Below, one piece after another: positions 35,667 to 45,633 of a stretch of DNA of 55,576 nucleotides. Position 1 is the first letter of the stretch. Each line of letters opens with the position of its first letter. The translations under genes were made by a program, and so were the position numbers. Location: positions 1-55,576 of the IMG/VR virus record IMGVR_UViG_3300025601_000022. One strand, given 5' to 3'. Under the pieces are notes generated by a model. It made no database searches. It was not told the origin of the DNA and worked only from the letters and a program-made list of their open reading frames with translations. Source of the stretch: a virus. Lineage: Duplodnaviria > Caudoviricetes.

Positions 35667-35937
35667 AATGATTGAAGTATTTGCTGGACCAAAAGAAATT
35701 GAAATTTCAAACGCTCAGTTGGATGCTGAAGCAATAAAAGATACTCCATATCAAGGAGCCTTGCCCTCCGCTGAGCGCACTTCTGGAATTAAATTTGCAC
35801 ATGAAAATTCTGCTGCCTGGGCCCTTCTCTCTAATAGTATAGCACAAGAGGAGTATCTAGCCTTAAAAAATGCCGTTGCGGAAAGAGTTGGAATTTTTCA
35901 AGAAAAGACGCCTGAATTGGAGGAAAATGATGAGTAA
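35659..35937 (+). CDS. small hypothetical protein
   Basis: Overlaps the giant-protein stop; GAGGAG RBS. Confidence 0.7.
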   Translation: MTKMIEVFAGPKEIEISNAQLDAEAIKDTPYQGALPSAERTSGIKFAHENSAAWALLSNSIAQEEYLALKNAVAERVGIFQEKTPELEENDE

Positions 35938-36172
35938 TTTTAATCCGGTAATTTATCGTACTGTTGATGGCCCTGTACGGGGTCCTATGGTTGATGCACC
36001 TGCTGATATTATTGTTGAGCAAGTAGGTAGAGGCAACATTGACGCTTGGAGAGCTCTTTTACAGAATATAGGTTCTTCTGAAGAAGAGTTCATTAACGAA
36101 GTTGCTGAGGCTGTTAAGAAAGATCTTGATGACTTTATTGCAAAGAAAAACTCTTCTAAGGCGGTAGAGTAG
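35927..36172 (+). CDS. small hypothetical protein
   Basis: GGAGG RBS before the ATG at 35927. Confidence 0.7.
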   Translation: MMSNFNPVIYRTVDGPVRGPMVDAPADIIVEQVGRGNIDAWRALLQNIGSSEEEFINEVAEAVKKDLDDFIAKKNSSKAVE

Positions 36173-36176
36173 CAAC

Positions 36177-36920
36177 ATGGCTGATGTAAAAAAAGACTTT
36201 AAAGCGGAACGAGCAGGCTCTATGGCACTGCATGTACTTGCAAAAGATGATCAACCTCTTGAATTGATTCTAGATTGGCATGGAGTCGGGCAATTTTTTA
36301 GAATAGATGGTGGTTGGTCTTTAGAACCTAAGGACTCAGATAATTTAGATGATTCTAAAATTGTTTACATTAATCCTGAAAGATCAATAGAATTTATTGA
36401 TAAATGGGATACTGAAGACTCAGAGTTAGACACTGACTACGTTGCGTACACTGCCACCAGAGAGCAATTAGTCACAATGTACCCAGAATATGCTAACGCC
36501 TCAGAGGTTGAAAATGCTGTTGTAGCGGCTGGAAACTTTACTTGCCCCCCTGCAACTCAGGATATAATGATTAATCTGGAAAACAGAAATAAGGCCATTA
36601 AAAGTGCTGGTTATGGTCCTCTTAATCCAGATAGGCCAAATGTTGATTTCTGGGAGGAAAAAGCCGAACTCTGGAGCACTACGGTTGATGAAGCTAAAAG
36701 CTCTAGATGTGGTAACTGCGCAGTATTTATTCGTACTCCCGAGATGCTCGACTGTCTTGACTCAGGTCTGACGCAGGAAGGCAGCAAGGAAGCTTGGGAC
36801 GCTATAGATGCAGGAACTCTTGGATATTGCGAAGCGTTTGACTTTAAATGTGCAGCAGGAAGAACATGTGTTGCCTGGGTCGCTGGCGGTCCAGTCACCG
36901 GAAAAGACAAGGATAACTAA
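36177..36920 (+). CDS. head-associated protein with a Cys-rich C-terminal domain
   Basis: After VVAAG: CPPATQD..N..YGP.NP...CGNC..F...GYC..F.FKCA..RTC..W..GGP. Confidence 0.8.
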   Translation: MADVKKDFKAERAGSMALHVLAKDDQPLELILDWHGVGQFFRIDGGWSLEPKDSDNLDDSKIVYINPERSIEFIDKWDTEDSELDTDYVAYTATREQLVTMYPEYANASEVENAVVAAGNFTCPPATQDIMINLENRNKAIKSAGYGPLNPDRPNVDFWEEKAELWSTTVDEAKSSRCGNCAVFIRTPEMLDCLDSGLTQEGSKEAWDAIDAGTLGYCEAFDFKCAAGRTCVAWVAGGPVTGKDKDN

Positions 36921-36921
36921 T

Positions 36922-39900
36922 ATGCAGTTTGCAGGAAGAAGCGGGACAAGAGTTCTTTTTTCGTCTGACAATAAATCAGCGATAATTGATGAAGAGCTTA
37001 ATTATGTCCTATCTATTGACTATACCCCCGTGCTTGCTTCTTCTTATGTTTGGTCTCAAACAGATTTTAAGCCCAGCGTCCAATCTGAGGACCTTGCGAT
37101 GGCTGCTCTTACAGAATTAGATATTTCTGTTTTTTCTTCCTCGGAACGTATGCACACGATCCCTAAGTCTGTCCAAGAAGAAGCCAAACGTGCTATCGAG
37201 TGGCGTAAAGAATTTAAGCGAGGTGGCACTCCTATCGGTCTAAGCAGTGCTCGCACTCTTGCAAAGGGTGGACAAATCGGCATTAAAAAAATTCGTCACG
37301 TTGCCAAATACTTTCCTCGTCATGAAGTAGATAAAAAGGGTAAAGGCTATAAGCCTGCAGATAAAGAATACCCGTCTAATGGTCGTATTGCTTGGGCGCT
37401 CTGGGGCGGTGACGCTGCGCAGAAGTGGTCATCCTCAATTGTTGATCGTGAGAATAAAAAAGAAAACTCTTCTCTTGTTGCATCTCATGGCTACTATGAC
37501 TTTGAAGACCCTAAAACTGTAGATTTTTCAGGGTTTGACTCGCCAGCTGTGAAATATATGGCTCGTGTACGACTTGATGGGTCAGGCATAGACAGATTAT
37601 ATGCAGTAAAACCCTGTGGAACTGTTCTTGTATGGGATGACGGCTCTTGGAACGACCTAGGACACGTAGACCATGACATTAAAACCTACGATAAAACTCT
37701 AGACGATCCTTACGACACTGTAGATAAAATGCACGTCCCACTGGACCCGGAGGCTGCTGTTACTGTAGCCGCTCTATTCGATGCTGACCCATTCTCTGTC
37801 CGGTCTTTAGATGAAGTAGCTCCAGAAGAAACTGCAGTATATGATCTTGCTCGCTTTGAAATGGATTTTTCTATTGTAGATGCAATCGTAGCTGCCCCTG
37901 GGTTTAAAACTAATCAGGACGGTGACTATACACCAGAAGAACGCTCTGAAAAAGCTACAGCCCAGATGAGAGATGGTCTAGGAAGATTTGCTGTTACTGG
38001 TTCTCGAGTCATTATCGGTAAAAACCCTAACTATAAGGGTGAAATTGTTTCTCAGGACGGGGGGGCTCAAACAGTAAAAATTAAACTCGATGACGGTAAA
38101 TATATTGATATCGCTGCAAATCAAACTCAGCAGGAAGATACTTTTAATCCTATTGAACAGGGCAGAGAACAGCCTGCCGGGGGCGGATCACTTTTTGACT
38201 CTAATCCGATAGATACGTCTGGAATTATTGGAGAACCTCGAACTCCTATTGGGTTCGCTGCTCAAATACCGGGAACTCTCCCCCCTCTCTCTAGAGAGTC
38301 TTTAGCTACTATGCTAAACGACTTTCCTGCATGGGTTTCTTCTCAACGGCTATCAGATAAACCTGTAGAAGCTCAAACTGTTGTAGGCCTTCAAAAAGCA
38401 GATTACTGGTACAAAAAACCAGACTACAACTGGAGCAAACTTCCAAACGCTATGAATAATCCGATGCTACGAGACTTCCTAGAGAATCCAAAAAATAGAG
38501 GATGGTACGCATCAGATATTAGAATGCCAGATCAGTTAGAAGCGACTAAAAGCTATGAAGATGTGTATAGAACTCCAAAAGCACGCGCTCAAAAAGATGC
38601 CTTAATCTATGAATCTAATAGTAAGTATTCATACAGTAAGCAAATATCTAATGGAAAAACTACTGTATCTTCTAAATACAGTAAAAACTCCATTATTGCT
38701 GCAGCAGAGAATCAATCTACTGAAACAGGTGCATACGAAAACCCTCGTCAGTCGGATGTAGCTCCTATCTATATGGCAGTTGTTGCGGATGATGATGCAC
38801 AAGCTGTTATGAATCTTATTGCTCTAGTGCCAAAAGGTCCGGGTACTACTGCTCCTATGACATTTAAACGGGACCCAGGCCAATGGGTTGCAGATGAAAG
38901 TATCCTTAAAGATCTTAATAGTCCTACACCTCCTCCTGTAGTTGTTCTAGATAACAAAGCTTTAGAGGATGTCATAACGCAAATTGATGGCCCTGCTGTT
39001 GCTGCTCAGAAAAAAATTGACGCAATGGATGGTACACAAGAGACGACTACTGCTTCAGGGTTTTCTGGCGGCCCTAACGAAAAACATTTGAGAAGATTTT
39101 GGATTCAAGGAAAAGGATCTTCAAAAGTCCGTTGGGGCTCTTCCGGAGACATGGAAAGATGTATTGAAAAAATGTCTATACATCTTGGCCCGAGAGCACA
39201 GGCTTTTTGCGCCACTTTAAAAAAGGATGCAGTCGGCTCTTGGGAATCTTCTTTGACTGCTAGTGCACTCCCTTCCGAGGAAGCCGTTCTCGATTTTATT
39301 GCTATGCGCAGCCAGCGAAGAGAAGCAAAAAATAGAATTCTTGCCAGTGCTTCTTCATACATAGTGAGTGAAGGCGAAGAAGGAGCAGAGTTTTATATCC
39401 CTTTGGTTATCCCTGAAGAAGTCGAATCCGGCGATGGACGTATCTTTGTTTCAGACGCTATAACTATAAGAGAGCTGCCTCTTCCCCTTCTTTGGCAAAT
39501 AAAAACTGGAGAAGGTCATAACGGATCTGTAGTTGTTGGGAAAATTGTTCGCATGGAGAGAACTGAAGAAGGCATAGGTAATGCCTATGGATTTTTTGAC
39601 AAAGGGATTTATGGAAAAGAAGCTGAAAGACTGGTAAAAAACGGATTTATTCGTGGAGTTTCTGCCGATTTAGATCAATTTGAAGCTGATGAAGAGGCCC
39701 CAGAAGAAGGAACTGACGAAGAAGGAAAAATTTCAAGCGGTAAAATAAAGATTAGGAAAGCAAGAGTTATGGCAGTAACTATTGTCCCTAAGCCTGCGTT
39801 CCAAGAATGTAAAATTAAAGTGCTCGAAACAATGAAAAATCAGGAGGACATAGTGGTTCCGGACGGTGTATATGTCGATGACTTAGACGCTATTGAAGCA

Positions 39901-41712
39901 TCTGCGCTTGTCGCTTGTGGAATTGTGGCGGGAGTAATTCCTACCACTCCCCCTGCAACGTGGTTCAATAACCCTGCATTGAAAGAGGCAACCCCTCTGA
40001 CAGTAGACGATGATGGTCGAGTTTTTGGCCACATTGCTGCATGGCATGTTGACCATATTGGAATGTCTTTTGGGACCAGACCTCCTCGAAGTAGAAGCAA
40101 ATATGCTTACTTCCATACCGGAGTCGTTCGTACCGAGGAAGGTAACGATGTCCCGGTTGGTCAACTAACTTTAGCTGGTGGCCATGCTTCTCTTGAAGCG
40201 TCAGCTCAGGAAGCCGTTCGTCACTACGACGACACCGCTTCGTCTATTGCAGATGTTCATGCAGGTGAAGACTCCTACGGAATTTGGGTAGCAGGGGCCC
40301 TACGTCCAGGCACATCTCCTGAGCAAGTCCGAGCTCTTCGTGCCTCTGCTCCTTCAGGTGACTGGCGTCCTATTAAGGGACAGCTTGAATTAGTTGCTGT
40401 ATGTCAAGTAAATGTTCCTGGATTCCCAATTGCCCGTGCTCGTGTTGCATCCGGCCAAGTCATGGCCCTCGTCGCGGCAGGTGCCAACACCTTGGCTCGA
40501 ATGAAGAGTGATCCCGTAACTGATCTAAAAAACCGTATCTCTAAATTAGAAGAGAAAGAAAATGCTCCTTTAGTGGCAGCAATGGAGTCTGCTAGATCTA
40601 AGGTTCTTGCTGTAAAAGCTGAAGAATTAGCTGCAAAAATGGGCAAAACCAAGAAAGAAATTGAAAAAGACTCTGACTACATGGTTTACGGAATAGATGA
40701 CGGTAACCCTGAAGAAGAGCTTGCAATTGTTTCACGCAGAATGCGTAAGCGTTTGGCTCAGGAAGGTAAAGCACTTCCTGACGGCTCATTCCCTATCAGA
40801 AATATAAACGACCTCAAAAATGCTATTCAATCATACGGTAGAGCAAAAGTTGGCAGCAAAGCTATGGTTCGTAGACATATTGTAAAAAGAGCTAGGGCAC
40901 TTAAACAGAGGGACATTGTCCCTCGAGAGTGGAAGGAAGCAGCGCTACTTGACTCTGTAGATAATATTCCTGACGAAGGAATTCTTGCAGCAGCAGATGA
41001 TCCGTGCTGGGAGGGCTACGTCATGATTGGGATGAAAACTCTCGATGGCAAAGAGGTTCCCAATTGCGTACCTAAAGATTCTGCAGTCCACGAGGTAGAT
41101 GAAGAAGATGATCTCCCAAAAGCACAGAGAGAGAGTAACAAAGAAAGTCTTACTCTCTCGAACGACATTCTTAGAGAAAGAATAAGAATTGTTGAGTCTA
41201 TGGTTGCTGCCGGTGGAGCCGACAGAAATCGTGGGAATGCTGAAAGTCTTCGTCGATACTGGACTCGCGGTGCAGGTGCATTAAAGATTCGCTGGGGAAC
41301 TCCTGGAGATTGGACTCGGTGCGTTCGATACCTGTCTAAGTACATGGGTGTTCGGGCAAAAGGCTACTGCCAATTGCGTCATAAAGAAGCAACTGGTGTA
41401 TATACCGGAAGCAAACTTAACCCAGGAAAACGCCGTGGTCGCAACAATAGTATCTTTTCTGCTTTTTCTGAGGCAGAATTTGGAATTTTTGAATCACTTT
41501 ATGGTGACCCAGAAGATTACACTACAAAAGTCTCTAACTCTGATTTAGAAATTCCTATGGAAGAGATTATGGCTCAGACTGACGATCTCTATGACAGCCA
41601 ATGGAACCCCCCTAAAGTTGTAGTTGTACTTATCAAAAAATGTGGATATTCTCCAGAAGGAGCTAGTCCAATAGTTGATGACTATAAGGATAATGACTAT
41701 GATAACAATTAG
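36922..41712 (+). CDS. multidomain capsid maturation (prohead) protease polyprotein, about 1596 aa
   Basis: Start at MQFAGRS after AAGGA. Protease-like domains GDGRIF..PLPL.WQ..GH..VVVG..GVSADLD..V.KPAF and GRVFGHIAAW..GIWVAG..SGDWR..VNVPGFP as in cluster-B-like actinophages. Lies just upstream of the capsid genes. Confidence 0.85.
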   Translation: MQFAGRSGTRVLFSSDNKSAIIDEELNYVLSIDYTPVLASSYVWSQTDFKPSVQSEDLAMAALTELDISVFSSSERMHTIPKSVQEEAKRAIEWRKEFKRGGTPIGLSSARTLAKGGQIGIKKIRHVAKYFPRHEVDKKGKGYKPADKEYPSNGRIAWALWGGDAAQKWSSSIVDRENKKENSSLVASHGYYDFEDPKTVDFSGFDSPAVKYMARVRLDGSGIDRLYAVKPCGTVLVWDDGSWNDLGHVDHDIKTYDKTLDDPYDTVDKMHVPLDPEAAVTVAALFDADPFSVRSLDEVAPEETAVYDLARFEMDFSIVDAIVAAPGFKTNQDGDYTPEERSEKATAQMRDGLGRFAVTGSRVIIGKNPNYKGEIVSQDGGAQTVKIKLDDGKYIDIAANQTQQEDTFNPIEQGREQPAGGGSLFDSNPIDTSGIIGEPRTPIGFAAQIPGTLPPLSRESLATMLNDFPAWVSSQRLSDKPVEAQTVVGLQKADYWYKKPDYNWSKLPNAMNNPMLRDFLENPKNRGWYASDIRMPDQLEATKSYEDVYRTPKARAQKDALIYESNSKYSYSKQISNGKTTVSSKYSKNSIIAAAENQSTETGAYENPRQSDVAPIYMAVVADDDAQAVMNLIALVPKGPGTTAPMTFKRDPGQWVADESILKDLNSPTPPPVVVLDNKALEDVITQIDGPAVAAQKKIDAMDGTQETTTASGFSGGPNEKHLRRFWIQGKGSSKVRWGSSGDMERCIEKMSIHLGPRAQAFCATLKKDAVGSWESSLTASALPSEEAVLDFIAMRSQRREAKNRILASASSYIVSEGEEGAEFYIPLVIPEEVESGDGRIFVSDAITIRELPLPLLWQIKTGEGHNGSVVVGKIVRMERTEEGIGNAYGFFDKGIYGKEAERLVKNGFIRGVSADLDQFEADEEAPEEGTDEEGKISSGKIKIRKARVMAVTIVPKPAFQECKIKVLETMKNQEDIVVPDGVYVDDLDAIEASALVACGIVAGVIPTTPPATWFNNPALKEATPLTVDDDGRVFGHIAAWHVDHIGMSFGTRPPRSRSKYAYFHTGVVRTEEGNDVPVGQLTLAGGHASLEASAQEAVRHYDDTASSIADVHAGEDSYGIWVAGALRPGTSPEQVRALRASAPSGDWRPIKGQLELVAVCQVNVPGFPIARARVASGQVMALVAAGANTLARMKSDPVTDLKNRISKLEEKENAPLVAAMESARSKVLAVKAEELAAKMGKTKKEIEKDSDYMVYGIDDGNPEEELAIVSRRMRKRLAQEGKALPDGSFPIRNINDLKNAIQSYGRAKVGSKAMVRRHIVKRARALKQRDIVPREWKEAALLDSVDNIPDEGILAAADDPCWEGYVMIGMKTLDGKEVPNCVPKDSAVHEVDEEDDLPKAQRESNKESLTLSNDILRERIRIVESMVAAGGADRNRGNAESLRRYWTRGAGALKIRWGTPGDWTRCVRYLSKYMGVRAKGYCQLRHKEATGVYTGSKLNPGKRRGRNNSIFSAFSEAEFGIFESLYGDPEDYTTKVSNSDLEIPMEEIMAQTDDLYDSQWNPPKVVVVLIKKCGYSPEGASPIVDDYKDNDYDNN

Positions 41713-41733
41713 TTTTTTAATAAAGGATGACAA

Positions 41734-42444
41734 ATGAAAATATACCCTGAAAACTACGATTTTACTCAAAAAGAAATAGATAATATGACTGCAGAAGAGC
41801 AAGATTTTTATAGTCCTCTGCCTGAAAATGACACCAATGGTCCTCCTGACGAAGCATATGATGAGTCCCCAGACGAACGAATGTTAGATGACAATCTTGA
41901 ACCTGGTGTAGAGCAGAAATACCGCTTTGAAGGCGGTAAATTTACGCCTGACACTCAGCCGAGAGATGCTGCAGGTCGTTTTCGGACAGTTTTAGCTCGA
42001 CTTAAGATTGATTTAGGCGCTGTGGGATCAGATAGAGCGCTTGAAAAGATTACAGAAGTTGAAAATTTTGACTTTACAGGAAACTACAGCGAGGCAGCTA
42101 AAGCTGCTGGAGATCTGATAGATATTATAGATCGACTTGATACAAAGGCACTTAACCCAGATTCTATCAGTAATGTTAGAGAAAGTAGTAGAGAGCTAGG
42201 AAAAACTATTGCTAATCTTCCGTTTGCATTTGGCGAAGACTCTAAGAAAATTAGATTTTCAGACGTTCCCCCGGCTCTTAGGGATCTTATCGAAGACATG
42301 ATTACTAGAGTTGAAGCAAAAATTGGTCCAGAAGATGCTGCTATTGCTACTAAAGAAATAAAATCTTTTATGTCTGGTCAAGAATTTTATAGTCAATCTG
42401 ACATCTCTTCTCAGATGGCAAAGCTACTTCGGTTGCTTACCTAA
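41734..42444 (+). CDS. head-associated protein with a QPRDxxGRF motif
   Basis: AAGGA RBS; acidic N-terminus; QPRDAAGRF. Confidence 0.8.
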   Translation: MKIYPENYDFTQKEIDNMTAEEQDFYSPLPENDTNGPPDEAYDESPDERMLDDNLEPGVEQKYRFEGGKFTPDTQPRDAAGRFRTVLARLKIDLGAVGSDRALEKITEVENFDFTGNYSEAAKAAGDLIDIIDRLDTKALNPDSISNVRESSRELGKTIANLPFAFGEDSKKIRFSDVPPALRDLIEDMITRVEAKIGPEDAAIATKEIKSFMSGQEFYSQSDISSQMAKLLRLLT

Positions 42445-42454
42445 AAACCAAAAA

Positions 42455-42491
42455 AATCGTACAACTAGGCATACAAAAAGCACTGTACAAT
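42455..42491 (+). promoter_or_regulatory. putative late promoter of the major capsid gene
   Basis: AATCGTACAA-N18-CTGTACAAT (TG-TACAAT -10); same layout at 19468-19505. Confidence 0.55.
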
Positions 42492-42601
42492 TTGTTACTA
42501 GGTGGAGTGCCTCCACGCCTCGTGCGTCTCGGAGTCCCTCGGCCCGACCGATCAGCATGGACTGAGAAAGCCTCAGACCCCACGACTGCCCTGGAGGGAC
42601 A

Positions 42602-44659
42602 GTGGACCGTATAAAAGAACAGCTAGATCAGCTGGCGGAGCTTGGCGACGAAGATGTCGCTTCACTTCAGTCAGAGATCATTGGTGAATTTGAATCGGTC
42701 GAGACTCAAGATCCCACTCCACAGACAGTTGACGCTATGACGTCGCTTGCCGACATGCTTGACACCGTTCGCGGTGAAGTTAAGCGCCGCGAGGTTTTGG
42801 CAGCAGAGCTTGCTCAAAGAGCATCCGAAGCTGCTAGTCGTGTGTACGGTCAAGACGGCGGTCCTATGGAGGACATGGAAGATGGTATGGAAGATGGTAT
42901 GGAAGAGGAGGACAAGTCAATGACAGAAGCAGCAATGCCTATGGATGATGAAGTCTCCGACGATATGCCTTCCGATGAAGCCCCAATGGAAGATGAAATG
43001 CCAATGGAAGACGAGGCAGCTGTCGAAGTTGAGGTTGAAGAAGAAGAAATGCCTGAAATGAAATCTGAATCCGATGAGGACGAAGAAAAAATGGAAATGT
43101 CTACCACATCCGAAGCGTCAACCGCTGTAGAAGAGACCGTAGAGCTCTCGACAGAAGAAGTTACACCCGAGACCGTCACTGAGGCATCCGCCGAGGAGAC
43201 TGTTGTCGCTGCAGCTGAAGAACAAACTGCAGATACAACACCTGCCGAAGCGGAACTTTCTGCTAAGGAAGAAACAGCTTCAACTGATGCCGAAGTAAAT
43301 GCTGAGGCCGCAGTGCAAGAAACATCCCAAGAAGACCCAACCCCAATTATGGAGGCACCCGTGACCGCCGCTGCAGAAAACGCAGATAACCTCGATATCG
43401 AGGCCCCGGCTGACCGTCGTCCTGTTGTTCAGGCTGCTGCCGCTCCCGTGGCGATCACGGCGGGCGCTGACATCCCTGGATACACCGCTGGCAGCCCACT
43501 GAATGATATGAACGCTGTTGCTGAGGCAATGGCAAAGCGACTTCACGCGCTTAGGCGTGTGAATGGTGGAGATGGAGAACAACATATCGTTGCTTCTGTC
43601 ACCACATCCTTTCCAGAGGGTCGCACTCTCGGCACAGACGCCGAATCCAACTGGAACAAGATCCAGAACGTCGTTGGCCCAGAAGCCCTCGTCGCCGCTG
43701 GTGGACATCAAGCACCATTCGAGGTTCGCTACGACATCTTCGGTTTCGGTACCACAAACCGTCCCGTTCGTGACGCACTTCCTCGTTTCCAGGCCGACCG
43801 TGGCGGTATTCGCTACATCGTGCCTCCGGTGCTGACAAGCTATGACAATGCCGTCGGTGTATGGACCTCAGCAAATGATGCTGCAGGAAGTCCAGACCCA
43901 GCAGCAAAGAATAGCTTGACCGTGACTGCTGCTCAGGAAGTTACCGTCGCTACTGACGCTGTAACTCTGCAGATGCAGTTTGGTAACCTCGCAACTCGTG
44001 CATACCCAGAACTGATTGCTCGTCACAACGAGCTTGGTCTGATTCAGCACGCTCGTGAGTCAGAGCAGTATCTGCTCAGCAAGATTGCAGCCGGTTCGAC
44101 GGCAGTAACAACCGCAAGCCTTATTGGTTTCGGTCGGGACTTCCTCGTTCAGCTCAGTCGTGCTGCAACAGCGTATCGTTCGCGCCACCGCCTCGAAGCA
44201 GATGCTCCTCTGCGTGTCATTGTTCCTGCATGGATCAAGGATGCAATGGTTGCTGACCTCACCCTGTCAATGCCAGGTGACAGCACCATGAATGCTTACG
44301 GAGAAATTGAAGGCTACATGTCCTCACGCGGGATTGTAGCTAGCTATTCACTCGATCAAAACGTGTACGGTGTTCAGAATTCAGGAACTCTCAATGAGTT
44401 TGCTGACTCGTTCACTTGGTACATGTTTGCTGAAGGAACCTTCGTGTTCCTTGATGGCGGTACTCTGGATCTCGGAATTATTCGGGATTCAACCCTCACC
44501 GGAACCAACGATTACAAGATGTTCGTTGAAACCTTTGAAGGTGTCGCTAAGGTCGGTATCGAGGCACTTGTAGTTACAAGCACTATTAGTGTGAACGGTG
44601 TGGCTGCTGCCCTCCGCGATACCACTGGTGGAGCAACTGCAACGGCAATTGAATACTAA
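42602..44659 (+). CDS. major capsid protein with N-terminal acidic scaffold region
   Basis: Acidic N-terminal half, then ALVAAGG and RPVRDALP..RGG..., F.EGTF.FLDGGTLDLGIIRDSTL..TNDY..F.ETFEG typical of cluster-B-like MCPs; higher GC and strong codon bias. Confidence 0.92.
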   Translation: MDRIKEQLDQLAELGDEDVASLQSEIIGEFESVETQDPTPQTVDAMTSLADMLDTVRGEVKRREVLAAELAQRASEAASRVYGQDGGPMEDMEDGMEDGMEEEDKSMTEAAMPMDDEVSDDMPSDEAPMEDEMPMEDEAAVEVEVEEEEMPEMKSESDEDEEKMEMSTTSEASTAVEETVELSTEEVTPETVTEASAEETVVAAAEEQTADTTPAEAELSAKEETASTDAEVNAEAAVQETSQEDPTPIMEAPVTAAAENADNLDIEAPADRRPVVQAAAAPVAITAGADIPGYTAGSPLNDMNAVAEAMAKRLHALRRVNGGDGEQHIVASVTTSFPEGRTLGTDAESNWNKIQNVVGPEALVAAGGHQAPFEVRYDIFGFGTTNRPVRDALPRFQADRGGIRYIVPPVLTSYDNAVGVWTSANDAAGSPDPAAKNSLTVTAAQEVTVATDAVTLQMQFGNLATRAYPELIARHNELGLIQHARESEQYLLSKIAAGSTAVTTASLIGFGRDFLVQLSRAATAYRSRHRLEADAPLRVIVPAWIKDAMVADLTLSMPGDSTMNAYGEIEGYMSSRGIVASYSLDQNVYGVQNSGTLNEFADSFTWYMFAEGTFVFLDGGTLDLGIIRDSTLTGTNDYKMFVETFEGVAKVGIEALVVTSTISVNGVAAALRDTTGGATATAIEY

Positions 44660-44718
44660 GCTAAAACAGTAATTAATAACAACTAGGCCGTTCAGAAGCC
44701 CCGAGAGGAATAAAAAAG

Positions 44719-45594
44719 ATGGCATTTCAAGGAGCGTTTTTACCTCCAGAACTGACACCTGCCTCTTGCGGGCTTCTGAGCGTTGCCGACGTTGAGAAGC
44801 ACACAGGTCGGGAGTATGACGAGCGTTGGGTTCGTGGTTTTGACTATGAATTTGACACTCTTCCTACAGTCCGGTTGCTCTCTGTCGATGATGATGTAGT
44901 CACTGGCGGGGAGCTTTACGATGGTACGAGAAGTACTCGGTATCTCCCATACACCCCATTTTTTATTGAAGTAGAAGATTTTAGATCAGCATTTGACCTT
45001 CCCGGTGAAGATCGGTTCAAGAGGGTAAAAAAGCAACTAGAAGCTGCAACACAAAAAGCTACCGAAACAGAGTTGTGGAGCGGAAAAACTGCTTTAGGAA
45101 ACTCTAATGACAATTTATTCTTAAGCAAAGAAGGCTCTGCAACCTTGGCAGCAACTGGTGCGTTTCCACCAAATGTTGCTCTTATGTATTTAGAACAGGC
45201 GATATCAAACTCCCCTACGGGAGAGAGTGCAACAATCCACTTGACAAGAGACGTTGCCTCATATCTAAACAATGCCATTCTAGACACAGACCCATCAGAA
45301 AAAGGTTTACATCTAACTACTCGGATGGGAACTCGTGTTGTTATTGGTTCTGGGTACTCTGGAAGTGGCCCTATCGGGGCAGCGGGAGCGGCAGCAAGTC
45401 CTACAAATAAATGGATGTACGCGACCAGCAGGGTTCAAGTCCATTTAGGTAAAGTTGAAGTAGTAAACGACAATTTAGGTCAAGGAGTCAATGCTACTAT
45501 TAACGACATGAGAATCAAGGCTTTCCGCCCTGCAGCGGTCTACTTTGATCCCAGCATCCATTACACCGTCAGAGTGACTCTACCCACCTCGTAA
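44719..45594 (+). CDS. capsid-associated/minor capsid protein
   Basis: Directly after the MCP; GLLSVA..RW..G and G.IH...T..GT.VV.G.GY pattern seen at this position in related actinophages. Confidence 0.65.
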   Translation: MAFQGAFLPPELTPASCGLLSVADVEKHTGREYDERWVRGFDYEFDTLPTVRLLSVDDDVVTGGELYDGTRSTRYLPYTPFFIEVEDFRSAFDLPGEDRFKRVKKQLEAATQKATETELWSGKTALGNSNDNLFLSKEGSATLAATGAFPPNVALMYLEQAISNSPTGESATIHLTRDVASYLNNAILDTDPSEKGLHLTTRMGTRVVIGSGYSGSGPIGAAGAAASPTNKWMYATSRVQVHLGKVEVVNDNLGQGVNATINDMRIKAFRPAAVYFDPSIHYTVRVTLPTS

Positions 45595-45633
45595 CATTAA
45601 CTAACGTAAGAAATACTAAAGGAGAAAAAAGGA

